From an uncultured Acidobacteriota bacterium (GTDB lineage Bacteria > Acidobacteriota > Thermoanaerobaculia > Multivoradales > UBA5704): a stretch of 64,000 nucleotides of DNA. The translations under genes and the position numbers were made by a program. Shown here piece by piece: positions 16,076-27,457 of the stretch (position 1 is its first letter; each line of letters opens with the position of its first letter). The DNA lies in NCBI GenBank assembly GCA_963700145.1, contig OY969474.1, forward strand, positions 1,536,001 through 1,600,000, in the 5' to 3' direction. A model generated the notes under the pieces. The model searched no databases and was not told where the DNA came from. It worked only from the letters and a program-made list of their open reading frames with translations.

Positions 16076-16821
16076 AGGGTCGTGCTGGCGGTGGCAGCCG
16101 GAGCGGCGGCAGGGGCCGGCAGCTCGAGGCCAAGGTTGCCGAAGATCCGCTTCACGTAGTCGCGGGTCTCGCGGTAGGGGGGGACGCCCTGGTAGCGCTC
16201 GACCGCCCCCTCGCCCGCATTGTAGGCGGCGAGGACACGGGGGAGGTCGTTCGGGAAGCGGTCCACGAGCCAGCGGAGGTAGGCCATCCCGGCATGGAGG
16301 TTCCGCTCCGGCTCGAAGAGCTCGCGCGTCTCCACCCCGAAGCGGCGGGCGGTGGCCGGCATGAGCTGCATCAGGCCGCGGGCGCCCTTGCGGGAGACCG
16401 CCTTCGGGCGGTAGGCCGACTCCTGGCGGATCATGGCAGCCACGATCTGCGGGTTGACGCCGTGCTTCTTCGCGCCGGCCAGGATCAGGTCGGCGTACGG
16501 CGTGTCGGCCGGGACGGCCTGCCCCTCGGCGAAGAGGAGGGGGATGCCGGCCTCGGCCGCCATCGCGGCCCCAGGCACCGGCTCTGGCTCGGGGAGCACC
16601 TCGTCGTCCACCACGTGGGCGACGCGGGCGAGCGGCAGGGACATCCGGCCGCCGGAGGCGAGGACGAGCTGGGCCCGCTCCCCGACCACCTCGTAGCCCT
16701 GGACCTTCAGCACCTCGCCCCCCCCGAGGACGACCAACTCGGCGCCGGCCGGACGGGGCACGAGGGCCCCGGCCGCCAAGGCGAGGCAAAGCAAGAGCGA
16801 GGAAGGTTCGAAGCGGGGCAT
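16072..16821 (-). CDS. Lytic transglycosylase (SLT domain)
   Basis: IRQES, GARGLMQLMP, LAAYNAG, ETRDYV; N-terminal signal peptide. Confidence 0.93.
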   Translation of the reverse strand: MPRFEPSSLLLCLALAAGALVPRPAGAELVVLGGGEVLKVQGYEVVGERAQLVLASGGRMSLPLARVAHVVDDEVLPEPEPVPGAAMAAEAGIPLLFAEGQAVPADTPYADLILAGAKKHGVNPQIVAAMIRQESAYRPKAVSRKGARGLMQLMPATARRFGVETRELFEPERNLHAGMAYLRWLVDRFPNDLPRVLAAYNAGEGAVERYQGVPPYRETRDYVKRIFGNLGLELPAPAAAPAATASTTL

Positions 16822-16940
16822 CGGCTCCTTTGATTCTACGGGACAGCCGGCCGTCGCGCCTAGGCGGGGTTGGCCACTCCCTCAAACCCCGGCCGGAAAG
16901 GCCGAATTCCGCCAGCGCCGCGCAGGGGCGAGCGGGGAGA

Positions 16941-17852
16941 TCAGGAGCGGGGATGGAACCGATCGTAGAGGCTGCGCAGCCGCTGCTGGTGGATGTGGGT
17001 GTAGATCTGCGTCGTCGAGATGTCGGCGTGGCCGAGCATCATCTGCACCGCCCGCAGGTCGGCGCCGTGCTCCAGGAGGTGGGTGGCGAAGCTGTGGCGG
17101 AGGACGTGCGGCGAGACCTCGCGCACGCCGGCCGCCCGCGCGTAATCGCGCAGCGCCTTCCAGAACCCCTGGCGGGTCATCGTCTCCCCGAGGCGGGAGA
17201 GGAAGACCCCCGCCGTGCGGCCGCCGCCGGCCAATCCAGGCCGCGCCTCGCGCAGGTAGCGCCCAACCCAGGCCTCGGCCTGCTCCCCCACCGGCACGAT
17301 CCGCTCCTTGCTCCCCTTGCCGTAGGCCACCAGGAACCCGGCGTCCAGCCGGAGCTGGGGCAGGGCGAGCCCGACGAGCTCGCTGACCCGCAGGCCGGTG
17401 GCGTAGAGGAGCTCGAGCATCGCCCGGTCCCGCAGCCCGCGCGGCGTCGCCGTGTCGGGAGCGGCGAGGAGCGATTCCACCTCGCTCTCCGAGAGCACCT
17501 TGGGCAGCGGCCGCCAGAGCTTGGGCGGCAGCAGGTTGACCGCCGGGTTGTCGGCGCGTGCGCCGCTCTCGACCTGCTGCTCGTAGAAGGCGCGGATCGC
17601 CGACAGCGCCCGCGCGATCGAGCGCGGCGCGAGCCCCTGCCGCCGCAGCTCCCGCAGGTGCGCGGCGAGCGCCTCGGCGTCGGCGGTCAGGAGGTCGCCC
17701 CCCCGCCGCGCCAGCGCCTTGCCGAGCCGCTCGAGGTCGCGCCGGTAGGCGGCAGTCGTGTGCGAAGAGAGCCCGCGCTCAACCGCCAAGTGCTCGAGCC
17801 AGCGCTGCAGCTCGCGCCGCCAGGCCGCGAGAGGCGCCGCCCCGGCGCTCAC
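16941..17852 (-). CDS. xerD: Site-specific tyrosine recombinase XerD
   Basis: ERGLS.HT..AYRRDL, LYATGLRVSEL, GKGSKERIVP, SPHVLRHSFATHLL, LGHADISTTQIYTH, HPR C-terminus; GTG start overlaps upstream stop (GTGA). Confidence 0.92.
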   Translation of the reverse strand: MSAGAAPLAAWRRELQRWLEHLAVERGLSSHTTAAYRRDLERLGKALARRGGDLLTADAEALAAHLRELRRQGLAPRSIARALSAIRAFYEQQVESGARADNPAVNLLPPKLWRPLPKVLSESEVESLLAAPDTATPRGLRDRAMLELLYATGLRVSELVGLALPQLRLDAGFLVAYGKGSKERIVPVGEQAEAWVGRYLREARPGLAGGGRTAGVFLSRLGETMTRQGFWKALRDYARAAGVREVSPHVLRHSFATHLLEHGADLRAVQMMLGHADISTTQIYTHIHQQRLRSLYDRFHPRS

Positions 17853-18667
17853 GGGCAGGTTTCGAAGGCGCTGGTGTCCTGGATCGGCTGGAAAGGGAGG
17901 TTCTGCGGGTTGATGTAAGTCTTCACCAGGCCGGCCTGAAGGTCGGTGACGGTGAAGAGGGTGCGCACGTTGGTGAGGCCGCCGGCGAAGACCCAGTAGT
18001 GGTCGCTCGGCAGGCAGCCGTCCAGGACCTTGACCACCGCTTCGACGTTGGCGGGGCTGAAGAACCAGAGGAAGCCGGTGTCCTCGGTCAGCTCGATCGT
18101 GCTCGCCACGCCGGAGAGGGCGGAGTTGGTCAGGAAGCGCCCTTCGACCTTGAAGCGCTCCCCGGCGCCGAGGCAGAGAGCGCCGGTCGAAGGGCAGATG
18201 CCCGACACCGTGCCGGTGCCGCGGACCTCGATCTCGAAGGGCTCGATGCCGGAGTCGGAGCCGTCGAGTGTGAGCTTCAGCACGTCGCTCGCCAACCCCG
18301 CCTGATCGGCCACCCATTGGACGTCAAAGCGCGCCGCCTCCCCCGGCTCGAGCGTGAGCGGCAGGACGCCCGGGGAGATGGCGCCGGTCGCGCTCACGCG
18401 GAAGACCCCGGCGAGGTAGAACGGCGGCGCCAGCGCTTCGGTCAGGGAGATCGTGCCCAGCGCGCCGCACGGGATGGGAGGGGAGCCAATGGCCTCGAAG
18501 CAGACGAAGGACGTCGCCTCGGCGATCCCGCCCAGGTCGCGGCTGCCGAAGTTGATGAAGTCTTTGATCGGCTCGAGGGCCACGCCGGCGGCGAGCGACG
18601 GGGCCGCCGCCCCGAGGGATGCGGCGAGCGTTAGAGCGAATCCCAGGCGGGGGACGAGGTGCGGCAT
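17849..18667 (-). CDS. Secreted protein: Ig-like region plus conserved ~100-aa C-terminal domain
   Basis: Signal peptide MPHLVPRLGFALTLAASLGAAAPSLA; C-terminus LCL..GERFKVE...WFFSPANVEAVVKVLDGC...IQDTSAFETCP. Confidence 0.8.
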   Translation of the reverse strand: MPHLVPRLGFALTLAASLGAAAPSLAAGVALEPIKDFINFGSRDLGGIAEATSFVCFEAIGSPPIPCGALGTISLTEALAPPFYLAGVFRVSATGAISPGVLPLTLEPGEAARFDVQWVADQAGLASDVLKLTLDGSDSGIEPFEIEVRGTGTVSGICPSTGALCLGAGERFKVEGRFLTNSALSGVASTIELTEDTGFLWFFSPANVEAVVKVLDGCLPSDHYWVFAGGLTNVRTLFTVTDLQAGLVKTYINPQNLPFQPIQDTSAFETCP

Positions 18668-18675
18668 GAGACACC

Positions 18676-19521
18676 TCACGGGCAGGTGGCGAAGGCGCCG
18701 GTGTCCTGGATCGGCTGGAAGGGGAGGTTCTGGGGGTTGATGTAGGTCTTCACCACGCCGGCCTGGAGGTCGGCGACGGTGAAGAGGGTATACACATTGG
18801 TGAGGCCGCCGGCGAAGACCCAGTAGCGGTTGTTCACCGGGCAGCCGTTCAGCACCTTGACGACCGCCTCGACGTTGGCGGAACCGAAGAACCAGAAGTA
18901 GCCGGTGTCGGGGGTGAGGTGGACCGGGGACGCCCGCCCCTCCTCCGCGGTGTTGGTCAGGAAGCGGGCCTCGAGCTTGAATCGGCCGTCGCCGAGGCAC
19001 ATGCGGCCGAAGAACGGGAAGCAGGCGTCGAGCGCCGTGCCGGTGCCGCTGAGCTGGACCGTGAGCGTGTCTGCGAGCTCGCCGCCCGGACTGCGCGCTC
19101 CCAGGGTGAAGGAGCCGTTCACCTCTCCGACGCGATCGACGGCCCAGTGGACGACCACTATCAGCCGCTGCCCCGGCTGCAGCGCGATGGGGAAGGACGC
19201 GGGGGTCACCGCGCCGGTGGCGATGATCTCGCGGAACGGCCCCCCGAGGTGGAAAGGCGGTGCCGGCGCCGCGTCGAGCGTCACGATGCCCGCGGCGTCG
19301 CAGGTGCCGGGGGTGTCGTCGTCGTCCAGGCAGAGCTCCAGGAGGACGTCGGAGATCTCGCCCAGGTCGCGCTCGCCGAGGCCGATCGGCACCGTGAGCG
19401 GCTCGGCGGCGGCGCCGCCGACGCGCAGCTCGGCGGCGAGGCGTCCCGGCGCCGCTCCGGCGGTCGCCGGGGCGAGCGCGCCGAGGAGCGCCGGCAGCAG
19501 CGCCAGGCGGCGGGCCCTCAC
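18676..19521 (-). CDS. Secreted protein, tandem paralogue of 17849..18667
   Basis: GTG start overlapping upstream stop; signal peptide; C-terminus WFFGSANVEAVVKVLNGC...IQDTGAFATCP nearly identical to its neighbour. Confidence 0.8.
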   Translation of the reverse strand: MRARRLALLPALLGALAPATAGAAPGRLAAELRVGGAAAEPLTVPIGLGERDLGEISDVLLELCLDDDDTPGTCDAAGIVTLDAAPAPPFHLGGPFREIIATGAVTPASFPIALQPGQRLIVVVHWAVDRVGEVNGSFTLGARSPGGELADTLTVQLSGTGTALDACFPFFGRMCLGDGRFKLEARFLTNTAEEGRASPVHLTPDTGYFWFFGSANVEAVVKVLNGCPVNNRYWVFAGGLTNVYTLFTVADLQAGVVKTYINPQNLPFQPIQDTGAFATCP

Positions 19522-20771
19522 GAGACCGCCGCTCCCACGCCGTGCTCCTTGCACAGGGCGAGGATCTCGCCCTCCTCGAGCACGCGGTCGGACTCCTTGG
19601 CCCGCTCGAAGACGCTGCGCACGAGCTCCGGCTCGGGCTCGATCCCGCGCTCGCGCAGCCAGCAGACGACGTTGGACTCGCCGCTCATCGGCCCCACCTC
19701 GATGACCTGCTTGCGGCCGATCAGGCTCGCCGGCACCGACGAGTAGACCCGGTCGGCCAGCCAATCGTCGCCGCGCTGGCGCGCCTTGGCGATGGCCGCG
19801 GCGTGGACGCCGGTGGCGGTGCGGAAGGCGTCGCGGCCGACGACCGGGTAGTTGTCCGGCAGCGGCACGCCGGTGGCCTCGGAGACCAGGCGGCAGTAGT
19901 CGGGGAGCGACGACAGGTCGCGGTCGAACCAGCCGAGCAGCTGCATGTTGACCAGGAGCTGGTCCATCGGGCAGTTGCCGACGCGCTCGCCGATGCCGAG
20001 GGCCGTCCCGTGCAGCCGGTCGGCGCCGGCCTCGGCGGCGGCCAGGGCGTTGATCACCGAGAGGCCGCGGTCCTCGTGACCGTGCCAGTCGACCTTGACG
20101 TCCTCCCCGGTCGCGTCCACCACCCCGCGGATGAAGCGCACGACGTTGCGCGCGCCGCTCGGCGTGGCGTGCCCGACGGTGTCGGCGATGCAGACCCGCT
20201 TGGCGCCGGTTTCGACGGCCACGGTGTAGAGGCGCCGCAGGTCCTCGGGCGCGGCGCGGGTGGTGTCCTCGGTGACGAACATGACCGGCAGCCCTTCGCC
20301 CACTGCGAAGCCGACCGCCTCCTCGACCAGTCGCAGCATGCGCTCCAGCTCCCACCCTTCGGCGTACTGGCGGATCGGTGAGGAGCCGATGAAGCACGAG
20401 GCCTCGATCGGGATCCCCACCCGCTGCGAGATCTCGACGATCGGGCGGATGTCGGCGATCACCGTTCGGGCGGCGCAGTTGGGGAAGATGGGCAGCCGGG
20501 CCTCGACGATCTCGCGCGCCAGCGCCTCGACCTGCCGCACCACGTGCGGCCCGGCGCCGGGCAGGCCGATGTCGGCCGACTCGATCCCCAGCGCCGCGAT
20601 CTCGTGCAGGATGCGCAGCTTGTCCTGGAGCGACGGCGAGCGGACGGAGGGGGACTGCAGGCCGTCGCGCAGCGTCTCGTCGTCGAGCTCGACCCGCGGG
20701 CGCACCGGACGCATGTCCGGCCCGGCGGCGCGGTTCCAGTCGTGAATGAGGTCGGACTCGGCGGGGCGCAT
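19518..20771 (-). CDS. leuA: LeuA-family (2-isopropylmalate/homocitrate synthase-like) DRE-TIM enzyme without regulatory domain
   Basis: DETLRDGLQ, IADTVG, HGHEDRG, GIGERVGN; only 417 aa. Confidence 0.75.
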   Translation of the reverse strand: MRPAESDLIHDWNRAAGPDMRPVRPRVELDDETLRDGLQSPSVRSPSLQDKLRILHEIAALGIESADIGLPGAGPHVVRQVEALAREIVEARLPIFPNCAARTVIADIRPIVEISQRVGIPIEASCFIGSSPIRQYAEGWELERMLRLVEEAVGFAVGEGLPVMFVTEDTTRAAPEDLRRLYTVAVETGAKRVCIADTVGHATPSGARNVVRFIRGVVDATGEDVKVDWHGHEDRGLSVINALAAAEAGADRLHGTALGIGERVGNCPMDQLLVNMQLLGWFDRDLSSLPDYCRLVSEATGVPLPDNYPVVGRDAFRTATGVHAAAIAKARQRGDDWLADRVYSSVPASLIGRKQVIEVGPMSGESNVVCWLRERGIEPEPELVRSVFERAKESDRVLEEGEILALCKEHGVGAAVS

Positions 20772-20781
20772 CGCCCGGATG

Positions 20782-21438
20782 TTACCGCGGGAAGCGGTAG
20801 GAGACGCCCACGGCGGCCGAGGCGATGCCGAGGTTGCCGTACAGGTCGCGGTCCTGCTCCTGGTACTGGGTCTCGGAGTAGCGCACCTCCAGCCCGGCCG
20901 ACCAGGCGGAGGCGCCGAGAGGCACCTCGACGCCCAGCTTCCCGCCGAGGGCGATCTCCGGCTTGCGCCGGGAAAGGCTGAAGGTGTCGTCGATCGAGTA
21001 GTCCACCCAGGCGAGCTGCGGACCGGCGTACCAGTCGAGGCGGCCGGCGGGCGCGAAGTGAAACAGCATCGCCAGCCCGAGCTGCTGGGTGGCGAAGTCG
21101 GGGGAGGACTGGTGCTGCAGGACCGGCCGCACCGTGTAGGGGTTGGTCGAGAAGTCCGGCACGTACTGGAAGAAACGCACGTCCGTTTCGAAGGTCATGC
21201 GACCGGCCGACAGCTCCCACCCGATGCGCGGCGTCTGCCGGAACTCCAACGCCGCCTCGGCACCCCCCTCGCCCTTCAGGTCGAGCGTGCCGAAGCCCGA
21301 AAGTACGCCGTAGGAGGAGCTGTTGCTGTAGTCGGTCCAGAGGCCGCGCGCCCGCAGCGCCCAGCGCGGATCGTCGGCCGCGGCGGCCGGGGCGGTGGCG
21401 GCCAGGAAGGCCAGGCCGGCGAGGAGCGCGCGCTTCAC
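20782..21438 (-). CDS. OmpW-like outer-membrane beta-barrel
   Basis: Signal peptide, alternating amphipathic strands, C-terminal VGVSYRF. Confidence 0.75.
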   Translation of the reverse strand: MKRALLAGLAFLAATAPAAAADDPRWALRARGLWTDYSNSSSYGVLSGFGTLDLKGEGGAEAALEFRQTPRIGWELSAGRMTFETDVRFFQYVPDFSTNPYTVRPVLQHQSSPDFATQQLGLAMLFHFAPAGRLDWYAGPQLAWVDYSIDDTFSLSRRKPEIALGGKLGVEVPLGASAWSAGLEVRYSETQYQEQDRDLYGNLGIASAAVGVSYRFPR

Positions 21439-22538
21439 GGCCGCGCCGCGACGGCCTCGCTGACGGCGCGCGCCAGGAGGTCTCCTACTTGCGAGGTCGT
21501 CAGGGTGCCGCCGAGGTCGGGGGTCGTCCGCCCCTCGCGCAGGCTCTGCGCCACGGCGCGCTCGACCTCCGCCGCCGCTTCGCCGTGCCCCAGCGTCTCG
21601 AGCATCAGCGCCGCCGACAGCACCGCCCCCACCGGGTTGGCGCGGCCGGTGCCGGCGTACTTGGGGGCCGAGCCGTGGACCGGCTCGAACATCGAGGTGC
21701 GGCCGGGGTGGAGGTTGGCGGAGGCCGCGAGCCCGAGCCCGCCCTGGAGGGCGGCCCCCAGGTCGGTGACGATGTCCCCGAACATGTTGTTGGTGACGAC
21801 GACCTCGAACTGCTCGGGCTTCAAGACCATCTGCATCGCCAGGGCGTCGACGAAGAGGTGGCGCGCCTCGATCCCCGGGTACTCCGCCGCCACCGCGGCG
21901 AAGACCCGCTGCCAGAGCTCGTGGGCGTGGCGCATGACGTTCGACTTGTCGGCCATCACCACCGACCGGCGGCCGCGCGCCGCCGCGTACTCGAAGGCGG
22001 CGCGCACGATCCGCTCGACGCCGCGGCGGGTGTGGATCTCCTCCTGGATCGCGATCTCCTCCGGCGTGCCGCGCTTGAACTGCCCGCCGACCCCGACGTA
22101 GGCACCCTCGGTGTTCTCGCGGAAGACGACGAAGTCGACGTCCTCCTCGCGCTTGCCCTTGAGCGGGCAGAGCCGCGCGTCGTAGAGCTTGACCGGGCGG
22201 AAGTTGATGTAGAGGTCGAGGCCGAAGCGGATGCCGAGCAGGATGTCGGCGGCGTGCTTCATGTCCGGCACCCGCGGGTCGCCGTAGGCGCCGATGAAGA
22301 TCGCGGCGTAGTGGTCGCGGAGGTCCTCGAGGGCCCCCGGCGGCAGCGTCTCGCCGGTCGCCAGGTACCGGTCGGCGTCCCAGGGCAGCCGCACCAGCTC
22401 GAGCGGCAGCTCCCAGACCTCCGCCGCCGCTTCCAACACCTTGACCGCCTCGGCGGTCACGTCCTTGCCGATGCCGTCGCCCGGCAGCACCGCGATCCGC
22501 TGCGGCCGGCGCTCGCGCGGGTCGGTGGGGGTCGTCAT
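21435..22538 (-). CDS. leuB: 3-isopropylmalate/tartrate dehydrogenase family
   Basis: LPGDGIG, RENTEG.Y, DKSNV, NMFGDIVTD, MFEPVHGSAP, ANP. Confidence 0.85.
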   Translation of the reverse strand: MTTPTDPRERRPQRIAVLPGDGIGKDVTAEAVKVLEAAAEVWELPLELVRLPWDADRYLATGETLPPGALEDLRDHYAAIFIGAYGDPRVPDMKHAADILLGIRFGLDLYINFRPVKLYDARLCPLKGKREEDVDFVVFRENTEGAYVGVGGQFKRGTPEEIAIQEEIHTRRGVERIVRAAFEYAAARGRRSVVMADKSNVMRHAHELWQRVFAAVAAEYPGIEARHLFVDALAMQMVLKPEQFEVVVTNNMFGDIVTDLGAALQGGLGLAASANLHPGRTSMFEPVHGSAPKYAGTGRANPVGAVLSAALMLETLGHGEAAAEVERAVAQSLREGRTTPDLGGTLTTSQVGDLLARAVSEAVAARP

Positions 22539-22565
22539 CGGTCCGATGCTAGCAGCGGGCAGCTA

Positions 22566-23345
22566 TCAAAGGCAGGCGGCGCTGCGGGTGGTCGGCGCCG
22601 GATGCGGCACGCCGCTCGGCAGGGCCACCTTCGGCACGAAGCCCAGCTCCAGCTCGAAGGGAATCTCGGGGCAGAGCCAGCAGGAGTGGAGCGGCGGCCA
22701 GGCGGGGTCGCCGGCGAGCGGCAGGAGCTCGGGGAGGAGGCCGTCGGCCAGCACCTCGGCTTGCATCGGCCAGACCGCCGGGGGCTCGATCGCCTGGCGC
22801 GTCTGCACACGGCGCAGGCCGTGGCGTCCCTCGGCGTAGCCGCGCTGGCGGTTGCGGAAGTAGTCGATCGCCCGCTCCAAGGGGCCGAGGCGCGGCCCCT
22901 CCCCCACCGCCGGGCTGTCCGGCCAGGCCTCGACCTCCAGCGGGTGGCTGCCCTGCACCGACCAGCGCCAGCGCCCGTTGCCCTGCTCGCGCGAGGGGCG
23001 CGGGAAGTCGAGCCGGGCGCGGGCGGCCGGCTGGTGCGAGACCAGGCGCACGCCGGGCACCACCCAGGCCGGCATCAGCATGCGCAGGAAGAGGACCGAG
23101 GGGACGGACGAGGCGTCGAGGACGTAGAGCCGCAGGTTGAGCTGCGGGTAGGAGAGGCGGAGGCCGGGGATGCCGCCGACCTGCATCCGTTCCTGGTAGA
23201 AGAGGAGGGCCGAGGCGAAGACCCAGTCGCCGCCGCGCCAGGCGTGGACCTCGTAGCGCAGCGGCGCGGGCGGCGGGGGCAACGCCGCGGCCGGGAGCGC
23301 CCAGTTGAGGTAGAGGCAGTCCCGCACGATGGTCCGCAGCAACAT
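22566..23345 (-). CDS. DUF2071/YqjF-like protein
   Basis: LYLNWA...LP.PL and YPQLNLRLYV resemble the family. Confidence 0.6.
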   Translation of the reverse strand: MLLRTIVRDCLYLNWALPAAALPPPPAPLRYEVHAWRGGDWVFASALLFYQERMQVGGIPGLRLSYPQLNLRLYVLDASSVPSVLFLRMLMPAWVVPGVRLVSHQPAARARLDFPRPSREQGNGRWRWSVQGSHPLEVEAWPDSPAVGEGPRLGPLERAIDYFRNRQRGYAEGRHGLRRVQTRQAIEPPAVWPMQAEVLADGLLPELLPLAGDPAWPPLHSCWLCPEIPFELELGFVPKVALPSGVPHPAPTTRSAACL

Positions 23346-23415
23346 GGCGTGGGCACCCGTCGTCGAAACATAGCGTGGAGGGCACGAGGGGGCAACTGCT
23401 AGAGTCCGCCCGCCC

Positions 23416-25134
23416 ATGATTCCTACGGAGGTCCCCCACGCGATGACCCAGCAGAGCTTGTTCGGCGGCCCGCTCGCGGCCGTCCTGACCGCCTTCCTCC
23501 TCCTGCCCGCGGCCGTCCTGGCGAACGGCGCCGCCCCGGTCCCGCCCGCCGCCGAAAAGGCCGCCCGGACGATCGACGAGGCCGCCCTCCGCGGCCCGAT
23601 CCGCTACCTCGCCCACGACCTGCTCGAAGGGCGCGGCCCGGCGAGCCGCGGCGACCAGCTCACCCAGGAGTACCTGGCCTCGGCGCTCGAGGCCCTCGGG
23701 CTCGCCCCCGGCGGCGAGAACGGCACCTACCTGCAGCGCTTCGACATCGTCGGCATCACCAGCGAGGTGCCGGAGGCCTGGACCTTCCGCCAGGACGGGC
23801 AGACGCTCGACCTCAAGCGCTGGGACGAGTTCATCGCCGCCAGCGGGGTGCAGGAGCCGGCGGCGCGGATCGACGGCGTCGAGGTGGTCTTCGTCGGCTA
23901 CGGCATCCAGGCCCCCGAGTACCAGTGGGACGACTTCAAGGGCGCGGACCTCAAGGGGAAGGTCCTGCTGATGCTCAACAACGACCCCGACTGGGACCCC
24001 AAGCTCTTCGAGGGCGAGCGCCGTCTCTACTACGGCCGCTGGACCTACAAGTACGAGAGCGCGGCGCGGCAGGGGGCGGCGGGGGCGATCATCATCCACA
24101 CGACGCCCTCGGCCGGCTACCCCTGGCAGGTCGTGCAGACCTCCTGGAGCGGCGAGCAGTTCGAGCTGCCGGCCGAGGGGGAGCCGCGCGTCCAGGTCGC
24201 GGCCTGGGCGACCGAAGACGCGTCGCGGGCGCTCGCCAAGCTCGGCGGCAAGGACCTCGACGCGCTCCGCGAGCAGGCGCGCAGCCGCGACTTCCGGCCG
24301 GTGCCGCTCGGCGTCACGACCTCGCTCTCCTTCCCTAACAAGATCTCGCGCGTGCAGACCGCCAACATCGGCGGCCTCCTGCGCGGCGGCGACGCGGGGC
24401 TGGCGGACGAGGTCGTCGTCTACAGCGCCCATCACGACCACTTGGGGATCGGTGAGCCGGACGATTCAGGCGACCGGATCTACAACGGCGCCCTCGACAA
24501 CGCCTCGGGCACGTCGCAGGTGTTGGCAATCGCCAAGGCCTTCAAGGCGCTGCCCGAGCCGCCGCGGCGCTCGGTCCTCTTCCTGTTCGTGGCTGCCGAG
24601 GAGCAGGGCCTCCTGGGCTCCGAGTACTACGCCAAGCACCCCACCTTCCCGCCCGGAAAGATCGCCGCCAACATCAACTACGACGGCGGCAGCATCTGGG
24701 GGCGGGCGACCGAGGTGGCCTTCATCGGCTACGGCAAGTCCGACCTCGACAAGGTCGTCGAGCGCTACGCCGCGGCGCAGGACCGGACGGTCGTGGGCGA
24801 CCAGTTCCCCGACCGCGGCTTCTACTACCGCTCCGACCAGTTCAACTTCGCCAAGATCGGCGTCCCCGCCGTCTACCTCGACACCGGCACCAAGTTCCGC
24901 GGCAAGCCGCCGGAGTGGGGCAAGCAGCAGATCGAGGCCTGGGAAGCGGTCAACTACCACCAGCCGAGCGACGAGCTGACCCCGGAGTGGAACTTCGAGG
25001 GGATGGTCGAGGACGCCATGCTCGGCTTCTTCATCGGCCTCGACATCGCCCAGTCGGAAAAGCTCCCGGCCTGGAACCCGGGCGACGAGTTCGAAGCGGC
25101 GCGCAAGGCGGCGCTGGCGGCGGCGGGAAGGTAG
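23416..25134 (+). CDS. M28 family aminopeptidase with PA domain
   Basis: SAHHDHLG, NGALDNASG, AEEQGLLGS, RSDQFNF, YHQPSD; signal peptide (start may be 23443). Confidence 0.93.
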   Translation: MIPTEVPHAMTQQSLFGGPLAAVLTAFLLLPAAVLANGAAPVPPAAEKAARTIDEAALRGPIRYLAHDLLEGRGPASRGDQLTQEYLASALEALGLAPGGENGTYLQRFDIVGITSEVPEAWTFRQDGQTLDLKRWDEFIAASGVQEPAARIDGVEVVFVGYGIQAPEYQWDDFKGADLKGKVLLMLNNDPDWDPKLFEGERRLYYGRWTYKYESAARQGAAGAIIIHTTPSAGYPWQVVQTSWSGEQFELPAEGEPRVQVAAWATEDASRALAKLGGKDLDALREQARSRDFRPVPLGVTTSLSFPNKISRVQTANIGGLLRGGDAGLADEVVVYSAHHDHLGIGEPDDSGDRIYNGALDNASGTSQVLAIAKAFKALPEPPRRSVLFLFVAAEEQGLLGSEYYAKHPTFPPGKIAANINYDGGSIWGRATEVAFIGYGKSDLDKVVERYAAAQDRTVVGDQFPDRGFYYRSDQFNFAKIGVPAVYLDTGTKFRGKPPEWGKQQIEAWEAVNYHQPSDELTPEWNFEGMVEDAMLGFFIGLDIAQSEKLPAWNPGDEFEAARKAALAAAGR

Positions 25135-25153
25135 GCGCGAAGGCCTTCGCGCC
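25134..25153. terminator. Perfect 20-bp palindrome between convergent genes
   Basis: GGCGCGAAGGCCTTCGCGCC immediately after the M28 stop. Confidence 0.5.
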
Positions 25154-25176
25154 GGGCTCCGATCAGGGGGCTCAGC

Positions 25177-25959
25177 TCAGGCGTCGGGCGGCGCATCGCC
25201 GAGCGCAGCCCAGCCGGCGTCCCAGAGCCGGCGGCTGAGGTCGGAGCGCAGCTCCGGGAGGTCGCATCGCACCGCCGCGAGCGCCCGCCCGGCCTCCGCC
25301 CCCCGCCCGGCGGCCGTCAGCGCCGCGGCCGCCCGCGCCGTGAACGCCACCCGGTCGTCGGCGCCGGCGGCGGCGCGGGCGGCGGCAAGGAACGCCGCCG
25401 CCGCGGCGCCGAGCTCTCCCAGCGCCTCGTACCGCCCGCCGAGCCAGCCTTGCAGCTCCATCGCCAGGAGGCGCACGGTGTCGCGGGCCACCCCGGCGCC
25501 CGGCTCCAGGTCCTCGACCATGGCCGCCGTCTCGCGGCCGAAGGCCGTGCAGCGCTCGAGGTTGGCGGCCTCGTGCTCGCCGAGCAGGAAGAGCGTGTGG
25601 CCGAGCTTGAAGCGGAGCGCCGCCCGCTCGTAGTCGGAGCGGGCGTCGGCGCGCGCCAGCCGCTCGTCGTGGGCGAGGGCGTAGAAGGCCGCCGACTCGG
25701 GCAGCTCGCCGACCTCCTCGAAGGCGCGCTCGACGAGCAGCACCACGTAGCGCTCGGCGCGGCGGATCTCCTCACGCGCCACCCCCCGCGCCGCCAAACG
25801 CTCCACCGCCAGCTCGTGGAAGCGGGAGCCGCACCGCGCCCGCTCCGCCTCGCCGCAGCCGAGCAGAGTGCCGCCGCCGTCCAGCCGCAGGCGCCCAAGG
25901 AGCGCGGCCGCGAGCTCGCCGGCGGAGCGGCCGTCCCGATCGCTGTCGTCGTCGTTCAT
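25177..25959 (-). CDS. Hypothetical helical (TPR-like) protein, last gene of the ECF/CHAT cassette
   Basis: Protein-like composition, Ala/Leu-rich helices, co-oriented about 40 bp after the C25 gene. Confidence 0.6.
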   Translation of the reverse strand: MNDDDSDRDGRSAGELAAALLGRLRLDGGGTLLGCGEAERARCGSRFHELAVERLAARGVAREEIRRAERYVVLLVERAFEEVGELPESAAFYALAHDERLARADARSDYERAALRFKLGHTLFLLGEHEAANLERCTAFGRETAAMVEDLEPGAGVARDTVRLLAMELQGWLGGRYEALGELGAAAAAFLAAARAAAGADDRVAFTARAAAALTAAGRGAEAGRALAAVRCDLPELRSDLSRRLWDAGWAALGDAPPDA

Positions 25960-26002
25960 CCCGGAAAAAGGAGACCCGGAAGGCACGTTCTTTGTTGAGA
26001 CA

Positions 26003-27424
<1,422 letters not shown>

Positions 27425-27457
27425 GGCGCGGCCCGAGCGGCGGCGTTGATGACGTCA

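Noticed and set aside
16941-17852. Phage or island integrase
   Set aside because: Length and motifs match housekeeping XerD; no att sites or phage genes nearby.
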